Shown here one piece after another: positions 1 to 15,105 of a stretch of 64,000 nt of DNA (position 1 is its first letter; every line of letters starts with the position of its first letter). The translations under genes and the position numbers were made by a program. This stretch comes from Octopus vulgaris (lineage: Eukaryota). The DNA lies in NCBI GenBank assembly GCA_951406725.2, contig OX597821.1:36518001-36582000 (forward strand), in the 5' to 3' direction. A model generated the notes under the pieces. It saw only the letters and a list, made by a program, of their open reading frames with translations, searched no databases and was not told the origin of the DNA.

Positions 1-560
1 GTGAAGGCGAAGGTATGCCTTCATTCATCTTCCCATACAGCCTCACACACAACACGAAAGCATACATCAAGTACGTGGAGGAGGTAGTGCTGCCCTGGGT
101 CAAGAGGGTGGCTGCTGGAAGACCCTTTATCTGGCAACAGGATTTTGCACCATGCTACTCAAGCAGGAGAACCCAGTCATGGCTGTCAAACAATTTCTGC
201 GACCAGATCACCCCTAACATCTGGACACTTAACTTCCCAGACTGTAACCCACTTGATTATTACGTGTGGGGCGCAGTTGAGCGAGAGACCAACAAAACTC
301 CTCGTAACACCAAACTGAACTGAAGGCAAGGATTATGACAGCATTTACCAACTTAAACAAGGAGACATCCAGAAGAGTTGCTGAAGATTCCGAAGTCGTC
401 TGGAGGCCGTGATTGAAGTCAATGGTGATTTATTAACTAAATTTACTTCTAAGTATCTCAAGATATTTTCCTGTAATTTTGGTAAATATATCTGTTAAAA
501 TGAGATGTCAGTGTTATTTCATTTTTGTGTAATTTAGACGACTATTTATTCACTGCACCT
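1..560 (+). mobile_element. Tc1/mariner relic, probably DD37D (maT-like): transposase C-terminus and right end
   Basis: ORF 15-323 reads WQQDFAPCYSS...IWTLNFPDCNPLDYYVW (second and third catalytic Asp region). Frameshifted and stopped downstream. Ends ...TATTTATTCACTGCACCT before microsatellites. Confidence 0.8.
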
Positions 561-1031
<471 letters not shown>

Positions 1032-1822
1032 TATGCAGCCATAAGTACAGATACAAAAATATACATATATTGACATACGCGCCAGCGCAACATACGGTTT
1101 TTCCTTCGCTTCTTAATCCTGTATGCTTTGTTTTACAATCAGCCAATGTATATTTATGTATGCTCACTACGTGATAAAATATATACGCCTTTTTTTTAAA
1201 TATTGGAAATAACAAAAAGTTTGTCCCAGATTCCGGATATTGCGGTCATGTTTGGTGAATGCAGAGGGCACTTCGTTAAACGAAGAAATGACAAAATATC
1301 ATAGACAATGCAAAGAAACAATATTTGATTGTTCAACGAGCTCCTGTATTATTCTTCAAGTTTGAAGGTGAGAGAAATCGGAAACTTGAGATTATTTTCA
1401 ATAAATGGTGGGACAGGTTTGAGGGGTTGCGCGCTTCAAAAAGTGATGTTACAGTTCAAAACAAGTATCAGGTACCCGATCTGTGGCCGTATGATTCCAA
1501 TGGCAAGTGTCAACAAGTTTCTTTTTGGTGTCTTAACTCCCTTTATGATGCTGATGTCAAGAAAGGTTTAATTTTATTAAATGTTTTTATGAATTTATGG
1601 ACATGTGCTTAATTATAAAATAATTCGTGAGCCCACCCATTCATCATTCGGACATTGCATAATGACGACAACATTATGCAGTGTGGTGACCCTTCAATTT
1701 CGTAACGATGATATCATTTGAGAGAGGGTTGCCTGTTATTTCTTACAGGTTGAGCGACTACGCAGAGACTCCCTTATTGATTCATGCTGACATATTACTT
1801 ATCTTACTTCCTAGGTTAAGTA

Positions 1823-1990
1823 GGCAGAATGGTTAGCACGATAAACGAAGTGATACTTAGCAACATTTCGTCCGTTCTCTGATTTCAAATTCCGCCTGGT
1901 CGACTTTGCATTTCGTTCTTTCGGAATTGGTGTAATCGACAAGATTCCCTCTCCACCAAAAATTTCAGGCCTTGTCCTTATAGGAGAAAG
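1823..1990 (+). mobile_element. degenerate SINE family A copy
   Basis: Diverged match to 2167-2397 (GGCAGAATGGTTAGCAC...TTCAAATTCCGCC..GGTCGACTTTGC). Confidence 0.7.
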
Positions 1991-2166
1991 GACATATTAC
2001 TGCCTAGGTTATATAAGTTGTTAACTTCAAGTCAATTCTGATTGTGGACAGTGTTGAGTAGATGGATGCAAAGAAGAAGATACTTTTCTAATATTTCTAA
2101 TATTTCTTGCAAGATCATGCCATAGAAGTGTGAGAGTAAGCAGTGGGTGATCCAACACTAATGAAA

Positions 2167-2397
2167 GGCGACGAGCTGGCAGAAACGTTAGCACTCCGGG
2201 TGAAATGCGTAGCTGTATTTCGTCTGCCGTTACGTTCTGAGTTCAAATTCCGCCGAGGTCGACTTTGCCTTTCATCCTTTCGGGGTCGATAAATTAAGTA
2301 GCAGTTACGCACTGGGGTCGATATAATCGACTTAATCCGTTTGTGTGTCCTTGTTTGTCCCCTCTGTGTTTAGCCCCTTGTGGGTAGTAAAGAAATA
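2167..2397 (+). mobile_element. tRNA-derived SINE family A (octopus OK/OR-type), full length
   Basis: A-box/B-box-like head (TGGCAGAAACG...GAGTTCAAATTCC). Near-identical copies at 41821 and 43154 on the minus strand. Confidence 0.85.
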
Positions 2398-3749
2398 TGT
2401 AATGAAAGCATCTCCATATATTCTTGTCGGTCATTGGAAATTAATTATTTCCCTTGAACTTTGCAAACATCGGTAATGGCATCTTGTAGATGTTGTACAT
2501 ATTTTGTTAAATCTGAGAAGTCAATGCTTTTGAAAGGATTGACGTTTTTGTTCGGTTGAAGAAATTACCTACGCCCATTTTTTTCCTTTCTTTTGATTTT
2601 TACATCACGGAGGGAAACTCTTGTGAAAGCCGCACAAAAAAATTTGGATTCCTTGTTGTGTTTTGGGGCGATGACCTCCGGTTGTGCATCTACATTCATT
2701 TCTTACACTATTCTCTTAGTAAGCTTCGTCAATAAAGAAATTATGTGCGGTTCCTATTAAACGGTTTTCTGAATTAGTATTATGTTTTATGCTAACTACA
2801 ATCGTTATTTTGGCTGAAAATTATAAATATGATATTTAAGGTAACTCCTAATCACAGAAGGTAGCAGATGCCGAAGGAAAGAGTAAAGAATTTTTAAAAA
2901 CCGATAAGCAATCTAAAGAAAATAATAAAGCATACCAAGGGATACCAGGGGAAATGTGGTTCGGGAAGGAAACAGGATCAAATTTTAAACAGCAGTAGCT
3001 TTTACCCAGCTTGTATTTGGAAAAGAAGTGGCATTGTTGTACCAGATTGCTTGAGATTTCGAGGTAAGTGTGAATTTCCTGGATCTAAGTAATAAACCAG
3101 GACCACCAGCTTACCGCTCAGGTTGTGAGCGGCAGTGGAGACTGCACTTTAAGACAAATTGATGACCATGCTTGGCAAGGGCAGAACTACTGCTTTCATC
3201 AAGTATCTGAAAGTGTTCATGGTAACTTCTCACTTTATGTTACTAGGAGGGTCTGAAAAGGTATGTTAGATGCGATGGAATTGTGTTGGGGTGAGTAGAT
3301 AGAGCAGACAAAAGCCATACCAAACCTGCTCAGACATTTCAAACTGCTGGTCAGATATCAAGTGGACATATTGAATGGGGTTGTATGAATGTGGAGTAAT
3401 CAGATTGAGTCATCGAAATAGGGTCCGGATAGTGTAATTATTATTAGGTCAGTGGTCAAGGATAACTATAGAATATCAAAAAATTTTAGCTAGTTGGATG
3501 TGTAGATCACAAATTTGTGATCTGTATTATCCACCAAGGTACAACGCATAGAAGCGGCTAGAAATATATGGTCTGTGTAGCCAACCACACTACAGTATGT
3601 CTGTAAGCTAACCTCATGAACTCTACGTAGCTAGAGAGATCTGTAAATGAAAAAAAATAGGAGGTATATATTTTTATCTTCTCCCTGTAACCTGTCCGTC
3701 TATCCCTTCCCATTCTGTCTCTCCTTTGGTAATATTCATGCACACATAT

Positions 3750-4560
<811 letters not shown>

Positions 4561-5622
4561 GGATACCTTTCCTACTAGCTTTTCTGCACTTATTTTATTC
4601 TGATTTCCTTTTATATGCATACATACATACACACATATTCACACACATGCATACATGCATACATACATACATACATGTGTGTGTGTATTTGTGTTTGTGT
4701 GCGTGCGTGTCACGTGATACCATTGATTATTAGAAGTATATTGCTTCAGTACCTGGGTTTCAATCTCCAGTTGCCGACCTTTCGTCCCGGTTGGAGGAGT
4801 TTCTTATGGAATTAGCAAATATGTTTTGCTTTAAAATGTTTTATTCCTGTTGCCATTTTTCGAGCTGGAAGAATTGTTAGCACACCGGACAAAATGTTTA
4901 ACACAATTCTTCCGGCTTTACGTTTTGAATTCAAATGCTTCCGAAGTTAATTTTATTTTTCATCTTTTTGATCGCTTCCATGATAAACAGGAAAAAAAGA
5001 ACGTTGTGCATTCCGGCGATATCTCTTCGGAAAGCGTTCGACTGACACGTGATAGTATACTTCCAACCGACCTGTCAGAGTAAATGTCCTCTTAGCTCAT
5101 CTCTGACTGAGTTTGCTACCCTGCTCGTAAACTGTTCCTAGTGCTTATCCACCAGGAGGTCTGGTATGAACCATACCCGAAGCGCCTCTAGTAGGCCCTC
5201 GATCTGCCGATAAAAATCGACATCGGCTGGCATTGGCTTGCCTTTCCAGGTGTCAAATTGCAAGCACATCGAAGGAATTTTCTCCCACACTCTAATGATT
5301 TTGCCAATAAGTTTATGGCATAAGTATATACAACATAATTTGCTGAGGGAGGGATGTAGACGAATAGATCGGCCTAGTACTTGAATGATTCCTATATTAC
5401 CGATGGGAGTTTGAAATCAGAATGTAAAGGAACGTCATCCATCTTCCTTAAGGTGATCATTGCATTTAATAAAAATAATGATTTATATCACAAAGGCAGA
5501 AGGCGGCAAATTTTTTAGCATGTGATACAGGCGATTAATTCGACTCCACCACTTGACTGCTACTTAATTTATTGACCACAAAGTAGAACTCGGCGTGATT
5601 TGAACCATATAAAAATAATTAA

Positions 5623-5644
5623 AAGTAGTAGTAGCAGCAGCAGC

Positions 5645-5697
<53 letters not shown>

Positions 5698-5715
5698 CAG
5701 CAGCAGCAGCAGCAG
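5623..5715. repeat. (AGT)n/(AGC)n trinucleotide repeat
   Basis: Visible array. Confidence 0.95.
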
Positions 5716-6050
5716 GTTTATTAGGAGTTGTTTTTCTGTTGTTGCTAGATGCTGGATAACCTAAATTCGTTCGTCATTTTATTTATTTTTTTTTTATATT
5801 TTAAGAATATTAGAATGTGGTTTTACTTATTGTGCTGTCTTTGTTGGAGATGCTCAATCTCAGCTCAACCCAGATCAACCAGATCTATGGCATTCAAGTC
5901 AAGCGATCTAAAAGCATTCAAGCCGTGACCATCCCTTCATAATCTAATATGACTTAAAAGATTAAGGCAGTTAAGTGTGGTTTGGTTGAGATTTCGCACT
6001 TCTTTCTTGCAGATGAAACGCCAGGCAATGACGTACCGGAACAATGAGGA

Positions 6051-6213
6051 GGCTAGTCGATTACATTGATCCCAGTGCGTAACTGGTACTTATTTCATTG
6101 ACCCCGAAAGGATGAAAGGCAAAGTCGACCTCGGCAGAATTTGAACTCAGAACGTAGCGACGGGTGAAATACTGTTAAGCATTTCGTCAAGCGTACTGAT
6201 TCTGCAGCTCGCA
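6051..6213 (-). mobile_element. SINE family A copy
   Basis: Reverse complement of the 2167-2330 segment. Confidence 0.8.
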
Positions 6214-6970
6214 ACCCTAGTCTATGTATGTCAGCAAACTGAAATCGTAGAGGCTGGTATGCCTTGGTCATACATCTATTGAAACAGAGCCAACTTCGAG
6301 CTCAACAACAACAACAACAAACAGCACGATAAAGTAAAATGAAAACAATAAACAAAATGGAAGACATAAAAATCAAAATAATAGAGTAGAGGATAAAAGA
6401 AACTGAAGACACGAGGAGACTGTCGAAATATATGCTTATATGTTCATGAGTATGCGTGTCTCTGTAAGTACGTATGTGTGGAGAAATATTTTGAGGAAGC
6501 TATTTTAAATCTGTAATATCCTTACTGTATCTCCTCCAATCTATCCCGCTGTGGTTCGCCTGTTATATTTTAAACTCACCCCCTCTTCACGCAGTTTAAT
6601 CGACATCATCAAACTACGTTTAGCTATCTAACAACAAACGACGTGACCACACAACCGTAGCAGTCTTTTCACATTTCCTCCTCTCCTAACTTCGAAAATG
6701 CCTATATAACAACAGTAACAACAGTAGCACACACAGAAACATATACTCATGCATACACACATACATACGTGCGTACATACGTACATACGTACATACGCAC
6801 ATACATACATACATACATACATGCATACATACATACATACATACATACATACATACATACATACATACATACATACATACATACATACATACATACATAC
6901 ATACATACATGCATACATACATACATACATACATACATACATACATACATACATACATACATACATACAT

Positions 6971-7156
6971 GACAGATCGTTAGCCACTACACACATTTTT
7001 TTCTCTCCTTGTTTCTCTCCTTGTTTTCTGTTGAAGAGCGTAGGCTCGAAACGTAAAAAACCTTTTCTATTTCTGAGCGTTATACTAATACATCTGTTTG
7101 TTTTGTACACTACCTGTCTTCGTCTTTTGTCGATTTTTTTTTCGTAACCTCTCCCT
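6971..7156 (+). mobile_element. short non-autonomous PLE-like element with HHR-like motif, in (ACAT)n
   Basis: TTTT-CTGTTGA-AGAGC GTAG GCTC-GAAA-CG-TA-AAAA at 7024-7059. Related copies at about 44205-44360 and 47700-47890. Confidence 0.65.
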
Positions 7157-7868
7157 ATACATACAAACATACATACATACATACATACATACATACATAC
7201 ATACATACATACATACATACATACATACATACATACATACATACATACATACATACATACATACATACATGATCGTTGAAAACTTGAGTATCGCTATCGC
7301 CTGATCGGAAGTCCTACACATGCGAAGGCTACGGTCAGCCATTTTTATGATAGGCCTTCCCTTCTTTCTCAAACAATACCTGTGCATGATGATTTGTTAT
7401 AGTGAGGAAAGGATTTGAACAAATTCAGTCCCAATCTCTGAACATGGACAGTATAAACAACGGAGGGACTTCCCACTCTCAGTGGACCAAGCGCACGTCT
7501 GGACACCAACCCAGGTACTTCCACGTCCCCGCGCATACATATAAGCATAGATACACATGTACACATATTGTTGGATAGCCGTTGACTGTTCATAAGCTCT
7601 TCCGCCCTTTGACAAGTCTTATTTTTCGTCCTGCAGGATGTCCAACAATCACCTGTCTCACCAAGCAAGTTCTTGGGCGCTACTGGTAACATGTAATCCA
7701 ATACAACCTGTTGCATGGTCGGGTCGTCGGCGACTACGCAGCAAGCTTGCATACATACATACATACATACATACATACATACATACATACATACATACAT
7801 ACATACATACATACATACATACATACATACATACATACATACATACATACATACATACATACATACAT

Positions 7869-7919
<51 letters not shown>

Positions 7920-8073
7920 TGCATGCACACACACATACGTTCGTGTGTGTGTGTGTGTGGAAAGAAGATTGCTTTGAAATCACATAGTTTCGATTTCAAG
8001 GAAATTCGACCACGGCAGAATTGGAACTCAAAACGTAAAGACGTGCAAAATGTCGCCAAGTATTTTGTACGCC

Positions 8074-8135
<62 letters not shown>

Positions 8136-8136
<1 letters not shown>

Positions 8137-8680
8137 CAGTACCAGGCAGTAGCTCTCATGGCTTCTGATCTTAACTGATTGGAAGTGTTATCATGTACAT
8201 TGTTTTGTCTTGGTATAAAAGATGGGCTACAGCAAATATTCTGCTCAATACCAAAGATTTGCTTGTCAGTTGTTTGACCTTAACCAGTTGACCATTCCCT
8301 TAGTGGCTGACAATATGTGCATCTCTGATCATGAGCAGAAGTAGTGGGGGAGCATCATAGCCATGTGTTGAGAGGGATTCTTTGGGGATTGAATAATTCA
8401 CCTCTGGAAACATGGGTGTTTCGTTCAACATCCTTAAACAACCCTTATTCAGGGACCTTTTGAGCGGGATGGGTTACTCGACCAGAAGAATGTTCTAACT
8501 GGGCCCCACCTACAAGGTCATGTGCTGTTTATCTTGACATTAGATCACCATGTCGCACACAAATGGTTGTGATGCATGCCCCTGGTGTACCCTTATCAGA
8601 CAGGTAGTCATGATGGATATACTGGGCTTCGTAAATTTTACCCCAATGTCACTTTGATGGCATGCACTGCTCTCTCACCC
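8136..8680. mobile_element. 545-bp non-coding insert inside a (TAA)n tract; possible 3' UTR of a TAA-targeting non-LTR retrotransposon
   Basis: Complex sequence bounded on both sides by pure (TAA)n arrays (8076-8135, 8681-8798); no ORF. Confidence 0.45.
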
Positions 8681-8694
8681 AATAATAATAGTAA

Positions 8695-8885
<191 letters not shown>

Positions 8886-9004
8886 GTAAATGCATAGGAA
8901 ACATTTATACTCCCTCCTTAACAGCGCACGTTCACAGATAGCTTTATCTAGTGAGAGAGGTGTAAAGACAGACACACATTCACATACGCACACGCAGATG
9001 GTAA

Positions 9005-9048
<44 letters not shown>

Positions 9049-9892
9049 AGGAAAGAAAGAAAGGGGAGAGTAGGCAGGCAAGAAGGCAGGCAGACAGACA
9101 GGAAAGCAAGCAGGCAAGCAGACAAGCAGACAAGCAGGCAGGCAGGCATAGTCATCTTTTACGCTTTCTTTGCATTGCAACATCCAAAGAATAGAGCTTT
9201 TTTTGTCACAGCAGAACAATAGCAAGAATGAAAAGCGACAGTCCTACTCTGGAGTGTAGACGGGACATATAAACACACACACACACATACACACACGGAA
9301 ACACAATAATAAACGTATTATATATAAACAAACATTCAGTCATATATATGTATACATAAATACATTTATACAATAATGACACACATATGAATGCATACTT
9401 ACATACGCAGAGCCACACAAACGGGTAGGTATGTATTATATTCTATAAAAATATAATAAGAAGGAAGAGAAAGTTGAGCCGTATGGGGGTGATACTTGAC
9501 AAGGTACTCAAATAATATAATTCAGCGTACAGAGTTAAAAACAAGAGGGAGGTTCGCATACAATGCCTGCTTCAAAAACAAGGAAACCCAAATAAGAAAG
9601 AAAACAACGGGCGAATAAAAAGAGATTGGATGAAAAGAGGCTTTAGTGTTGCCTGTTCTGTCATCGCTGGTTTTGTATCTTATTTATTTACGCCTTTCTT
9701 TAAAAGAAACAGGATGTAGCAAAAGGAAATAGAGACCAGGTCTCACAAACTCACTGAATACATACATGCATGCATACACACACACACACACATATGTATG
9801 TGTGTGTATGTATGTACGTATGTATGTATGTATGTATGTATGTATGTATGTATGTATGTATGTACGTATGTATATGTATATGTATATAATAT

Positions 9893-10052
9893 GCGCAGGC
9901 GTGATTGTCTGGTAAGAAGCTTGCTTCCCAACCATACAGTTCCGGGTTAAGTCCTACTGCGTGGCACCTTGGGTGACTGTCTTGTACTATAGCCTTGGGC
10001 CGACTAAAGCCTTGTGAACTGATTTGGTAGACGGAAAATTAAAGAAGCCCGT

Positions 10053-10055
<3 letters not shown>
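9893..10055 (+). mobile_element. SINE family B, 5' half
   Basis: Matches the head of the 49641-50093 copy up to its internal (TA)n. Confidence 0.8.
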
Positions 10056-10110
<55 letters not shown>

Positions 10111-10111
<1 letters not shown>

Positions 10112-11633
10112 TTTATTTTAAGCAGCAGAAAATTCAACATGCCTGTATGGTGCCGCCCTGTCCAGAATGCTCCATGTCACGTTGAAAGGTGGGGCTTCCT
10201 TTTCTTTTAGTTCCCAGACATATTTTGCTAGGCTGGTTTTCTTTCTATTCTCTGGGTATTTAAAAGAATTCTTATGAGAATAAAATCTTGGAGCTTACAA
10301 ATATAATTTGTATACAGGCATGGAGCTTACAAATATAATTTCAAGTGCAGGCTTTGCTTATTAGAAAAAATGCACATATTATTCAAAGACAATAATTCTT
10401 TGAATCAAAGAAGTGAATTAATGAACTTATGTAGGCACAAGGCTAAATTTAAAATGTCGAATATAAATATACCATATGGATAGAGTATATATTTTGTATT
10501 TTGATTTTTTGATTTTGATTTTGACTCTTGAGCGCTACAACGGACCTATAGCAAAGTCTTATTGTTTCTACATATATATTAGGAAAAACCTACAAACTTT
10601 GTTTTCATGTTATTGTATTGCATAAGATTACCTTGATTATTTATATTACCTTGATTATTTATAAATGACCCAAAATAGGATGTTATATTTTATTTTATAG
10701 GTCTTTCGTATATATTTTTATTAATGCACCCATTTTTTAAAAGCAATGTTTTTTTTTATAAAAAAAGCAATGTTGTCAAATTTAGAATGTTTATATAAGT
10801 TTGTGTATAGCAAAGCATATGTATTTGTAAGCATGCGTATCTGTGTATGTGTAAGTGAAAGTATGCTTGTGCTTAAGCACACATATACACGACGGTATGT
10901 ATATGTATCAATTCAAACTTGTGTATGTATACTGGCCTCTATAGATGCCAAATAATATCGCTACAAGTTTTTTCCCCACCCCTCCTTCCGTTCCTTTTTC
11001 TCTCTTTCCCTTTCTTTCGTTCCCCCTCCTTGCTCAGTATATGAGAATTGCTACATAGATGAATTTTAGCTTGCGTGCGAGACGGTTTGCGTGAATATAT
11101 GTACACATGCTTTTATGTGTATAATTTAGATTCATATTCATACGTCTGTATATGTATGTATGGCGTTTACGCGCATCCTTTTGTGTATGTTGATATATAT
11201 ATGTGGATTTTAATATAAATATGTATTGCAGTATTTATAACAGGTTTAATTTCTATGCATTAATTTGTACTGTCTTCATTAACGGCAACAGGTTTTTTCC
11301 CGGTATTTTCCTCGGATTTTATAATTTTTATAAGTTTTTATATATATATACATATATTTTTGACCTTTTTGTTTATCGCTCGAAGATTGACCGTTTTTTC
11401 TAAAGGGCCAATCAAACAAGTCCATTTCTTTTTAAAGGTGTAGCGTTTGTAAGAGTATAGATTGAATTAATATATATGTTCCATTCTAGCAAAAACTGTC
11501 TGATGAACGGCAACGAGAAACTCAGAGTAACAGATTTTGTTGAATTTTCTGCTGCTTAAAATAAAGCATATTACTCTACCACTGGTATTTGAGTACTCTT
11601 TTTTACCTTGTTTCACATTTATGTGTTTACTCC

Positions 11634-11637
<4 letters not shown>
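10111..11637 (+). mobile_element. 5'-truncated Penelope-like element (Naiad-type) with 5' inversion and HHR, in (TA)n
   Basis: Minus 10141-10277 encodes HKNSFKYPENRKKTSLAKYVWELKEKEAPPFNVTWSILDRAAPYR. Plus 10313-10483 continues YRHG...KCRLCLLEKMHILFKDNNSLNQRSELMNLCRHK. Perfect 29-bp inverted repeat 10111-10139/11538-11566. Confidence 0.85.
11491..11538 (+). ncRNA. minimal type-I hammerhead ribozyme
   Basis: AAAAACTGT-CTGATGA-ACG GCAA CGA-GAAA-CTCAGAG-TA-ACAGATTTT; predicted cut after GUA at 11529. Confidence 0.8.
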
Positions 11638-11688
<51 letters not shown>

Positions 11689-11787
11689 ATAAAACGGTAA
11701 GATAACAAAAGAAAGAAAGAGACCTCAATATTATGTAAATAGAGGAAATTTATCTATACAATAATATGTTACATTACTCGGTAGTCA

Positions 11788-11850
11788 AGATAAAACTTTG
11801 AGTTTCAGATGCCGAAGTGGAAATCCACAACACCATCTCTTCGGTTATCT
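11788..11850 (-). ncRNA. type-I hammerhead variant (CCGAAGA core)
   Basis: Reverse complement reads AGATAA-CCGAAGA-GATG...GTGGA TT TCCAC...CATCT-GAAA-CTCAAAG-TT-TTATCT. Confidence 0.65.
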
Positions 11851-12043
11851 GGCTATTTGAAAACGCTATGAAAAAATACCGTTAAATAAAGGGAAATTAC
11901 TGTGTTATAACTCTGCTTGCCTGCGTACTTATACATCGCTCGCATTTTTCGTCATAAAAATTATATAAAAATACATAAAAAATATATAAAAAATATATAA
12001 AAATATATAAAATCTTCTTGGGACATAACATAGAAAGCATGTT

Positions 12044-12676
12044 CTATCTGTTTTCTTTAGGGGACCAAAAACGTAACAGAAATTTAGTCACATGTGGGCA
12101 TGATCCGAAAAGTTCTGTCCTTGTATTTAGACATGTAGTAGGGTCTAAGCTGCTTTTCCAGATAAGCCATCTCTCCATGTCGCATAGACCGCACCTTCCG
12201 CTGCCGTTGGTATAGGGCTTACATCTGGCCAAAATCTTCCATTGTATGTTATAATCGACACCTTTATCTCTTAAAGACCAAATATGATTAGATAATTGTG
12301 TCGCTTTTCTTTTGTTCCAGTGCCTAAAGCTCAAAGTGTGGTTATTGAACCTGGCCTTGAAATTACCCTCTGTAAGGCTCACGTATTTCTTCGTCGAAAC
12401 GGTGTCTTTAGTGGTTATAGAGTTTACGGTAGCTTCATATATGATGGTCTTGGACATGCAAGCTCCATTTAGCGGGCACAATTCTTTATTCCTGCATGAA
12501 CAGCTGTTTTCTTGTTGTGTTTTTTGTATGTTATGTTTGATTATGTTTTTAAAATTGGTAGTTGAACTAAAACTAATTTTTAAATTGTGTCTATTGAAGA
12601 GTTTCCTATAAGTATGGTTAACTGGAAAATGTCTATCTATCAGTGCTAGGAAATATTTACCTATATTGAAGGCCAC
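12044..12676 (-). pseudogene. PLE GIY-YIG endonuclease domain (open 210-aa fragment)
   Basis: CSCRNKELCPLNGAC, IIYEATV...KYVSLTEGNFKARFNNH, LSNHIWSLR, CGLCDMER, LNTRTELFGSCPH. Confidence 0.9.
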
Positions 12677-13544
12677 CTCGGGTGAGTAAGGGGGCGTAAA
12701 CCAGATGACCTTCCTATTTCTATTATTCCTTTTCCTAAAACCACTATTTTTAAAGCCTTATTATAATAAACTGGGGCAACGCTATTGAAGATGTCCTTAT
12801 CAGAGGAGAGGCTAGAAATCCTCTTACTAATATTTTTAACTAAATTTTTGAATACTATAGGGGGATGGCATGAACCTAGACTAAGTTATATTACCGAAAA
12901 GGCTTCTCCCATGGTTTTGAAGGGCCAGAAACAACAAAAACAAAACAATAATATGCCTAAATCGGTCTCGAGTTTGCGCGTGGAGTATTGTAAAAATTTG
13001 CGAAATATTTTTTCATAAAAGGATGCCCCCAGCTTGTCGGAAGTTGTGATATAAATTGGGAAAAAAAATCCTCGACACCAGTGCGTAATTGGTACTTAAT
13101 TTATCGACCCCGAAACGATGAAACATTGACCCTCCCCCCCTTCTGTGCAAATTTGTTGCGGCAAGTGGCAAAACACGAACGTGTATTTTTGCTTGTGTGC
13201 GTATGTATGTGTATGTATATGTCCGTTTGTATATGTGTGTACGCTTATATATTAATTACTATGTGCTTGTGCAAATGTGCGTGTGTGTGTGTATCGTGTG
13301 TATCGTGCGTCTGCTATATTTCTTTATCAATATCGATAACGCAGCAATGTTGGGATTTCATTGGTTAAAATTCGTAAAAATTAAACTACGTTTAAGTTAC
13401 AAATTGCAATTTTGTTTTCAATTTTGTTTACAATAATGTTTTCTTTTGACACATTCTACCAGTATACGAAGTTTCAAATTTTTTAGTTAACTAGGAAAAT
13501 CTGGCCTTCAAAAAGAAAAGATCCCTCTCTCTCTCTCTCTCTCA

Positions 13545-13620
<76 letters not shown>

Positions 13621-13907
13621 TATATATAATGTATATATACATATATATATAAATATACACATAATGTATGTATATATGCACGTATATACATATACATACT
13701 CGCTGATTTACCCCGGGATGTACAGTATATACATAATTCCAAATTGAGGTAGTCGACCTGGTAAAATACAGAGGATGTACTAGTTCAGAAACATATGTAG
13801 CCTAGATTTTACCTGTCCCACTCACTCGATTTGGACTTTTATTAACATTCATAGGACCTCTAGTTGCTAACCGTAAGCTATACATAAACTTGTTCAGCTT
13901 ATCGAAC

Positions 13908-13979
13908 TTCTATATGGGAATAACCTACAACCATCGACGCCAATTCTATATGGGAATAACCCACAACCATCGACGCCAA
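13908..13979. repeat. 36-bp tandem duplication
   Basis: TTCTATATGGGAATAACCYACAACCATCGACGCCAA twice, one mismatch. Confidence 0.95.
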
Positions 13980-14403
13980 TAAATTATTATTGCTCCTGAA
14001 CGTTATGTTTTATACTTATCACGGACTGCTCGAAGCTTAAAAACTTCTTAGATGCTTGGATCTCAGACAGTTATGCACACATACATACACACGTACACAC
14101 ATACACACGCACACACTCACATACATACATACATATATACATACATACATACATACATACATACATACATACATACACATATACATACACATGCATGTAT
14201 AAATATACATATATATACAGATAGACAGATATGATTATATATAGATATGTATATAGGTTTACACATACATATATATACATATATACATGTATATATGCGT
14301 ATATATATATATACATATACATATATATACATATATATATATATATACACATACACACAGACTCACACACGTACACACACACACACGTATATATATATAT
14401 ATG

Positions 14404-14499
<96 letters not shown>

Positions 14500-14501
<2 letters not shown>

Positions 14502-14788
14502 TTTAAATAATAAAGGTGAAAAATTGAATATTAATTTGATCAATATCAATTTAAAACAAGTGGCCTAGCATATTGAAGATTTAGAAAAATTATATTACAT
14601 ACATATAAGAGGGATGGCCACTAAATGGACATGTATTATACTAGATGTAGACCCTATATGGTCTGACCACTAGATTGTTCTCAAGATTGAGAGCTATCAT
14701 TTCTTAGTGGTCATCCCATATGGGGTCTACATCTAGCGTAATGGATGTCCACTTTGTGGTCATCCCTCTTATATGCATGTAATATATA
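14500..14788. mobile_element. fold-back element between microsatellites (probable PLE terminus)
   Basis: Imperfect ~82-bp inverted arms 14591-14672/14705-14786 with a ~90-bp one-sided extension. Confidence 0.6.
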
Positions 14789-14816
14789 TACAGATAGATA
14801 GATATGTGTGTGTGTG

Positions 14817-14869
<53 letters not shown>

Positions 14870-15105
14870 ATATGTATATACATACATATATATACATATA
14901 TATATATACATATATACACATATATACATATATATATATATATACACACAGACTCTCACACACACACACACATAACACACACACACATACACACACACAC
15001 ACACACACACTCACACACACACACATACAAATTAGTTGACCGAATGAAAGAAAGTAGCACTCAACACATTTCGTTGGATTTGTATGTTTTTAATAACAGT
15101 TTAGT

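Larger units (their letters stand above)
11687..12890 (-). mobile_element. 5'-truncated Penelope-like element (Naiad-type)
   Basis: RT C-terminal motifs SCHPPIVFKNLVKNISKRISSLSS and KVIWFTPPYS, then the GIY-YIG ORF, a 3' repeat with HHR, and an end in (TA)n. Confidence 0.9.

Noticed and set aside
1325-1612. 95-aa non-repetitive ORF as a host exon
   Set aside because: No recognisable domain or convincing splice context.
6403-6440. CTGAAGA...GAAA hammerhead-like string
   Set aside because: No stem I pairing and no valid UH site.
13908-13979. 36-bp repeat of CRISPR-like length
   Set aside because: Two adjacent copies with no spacer, in eukaryotic DNA.
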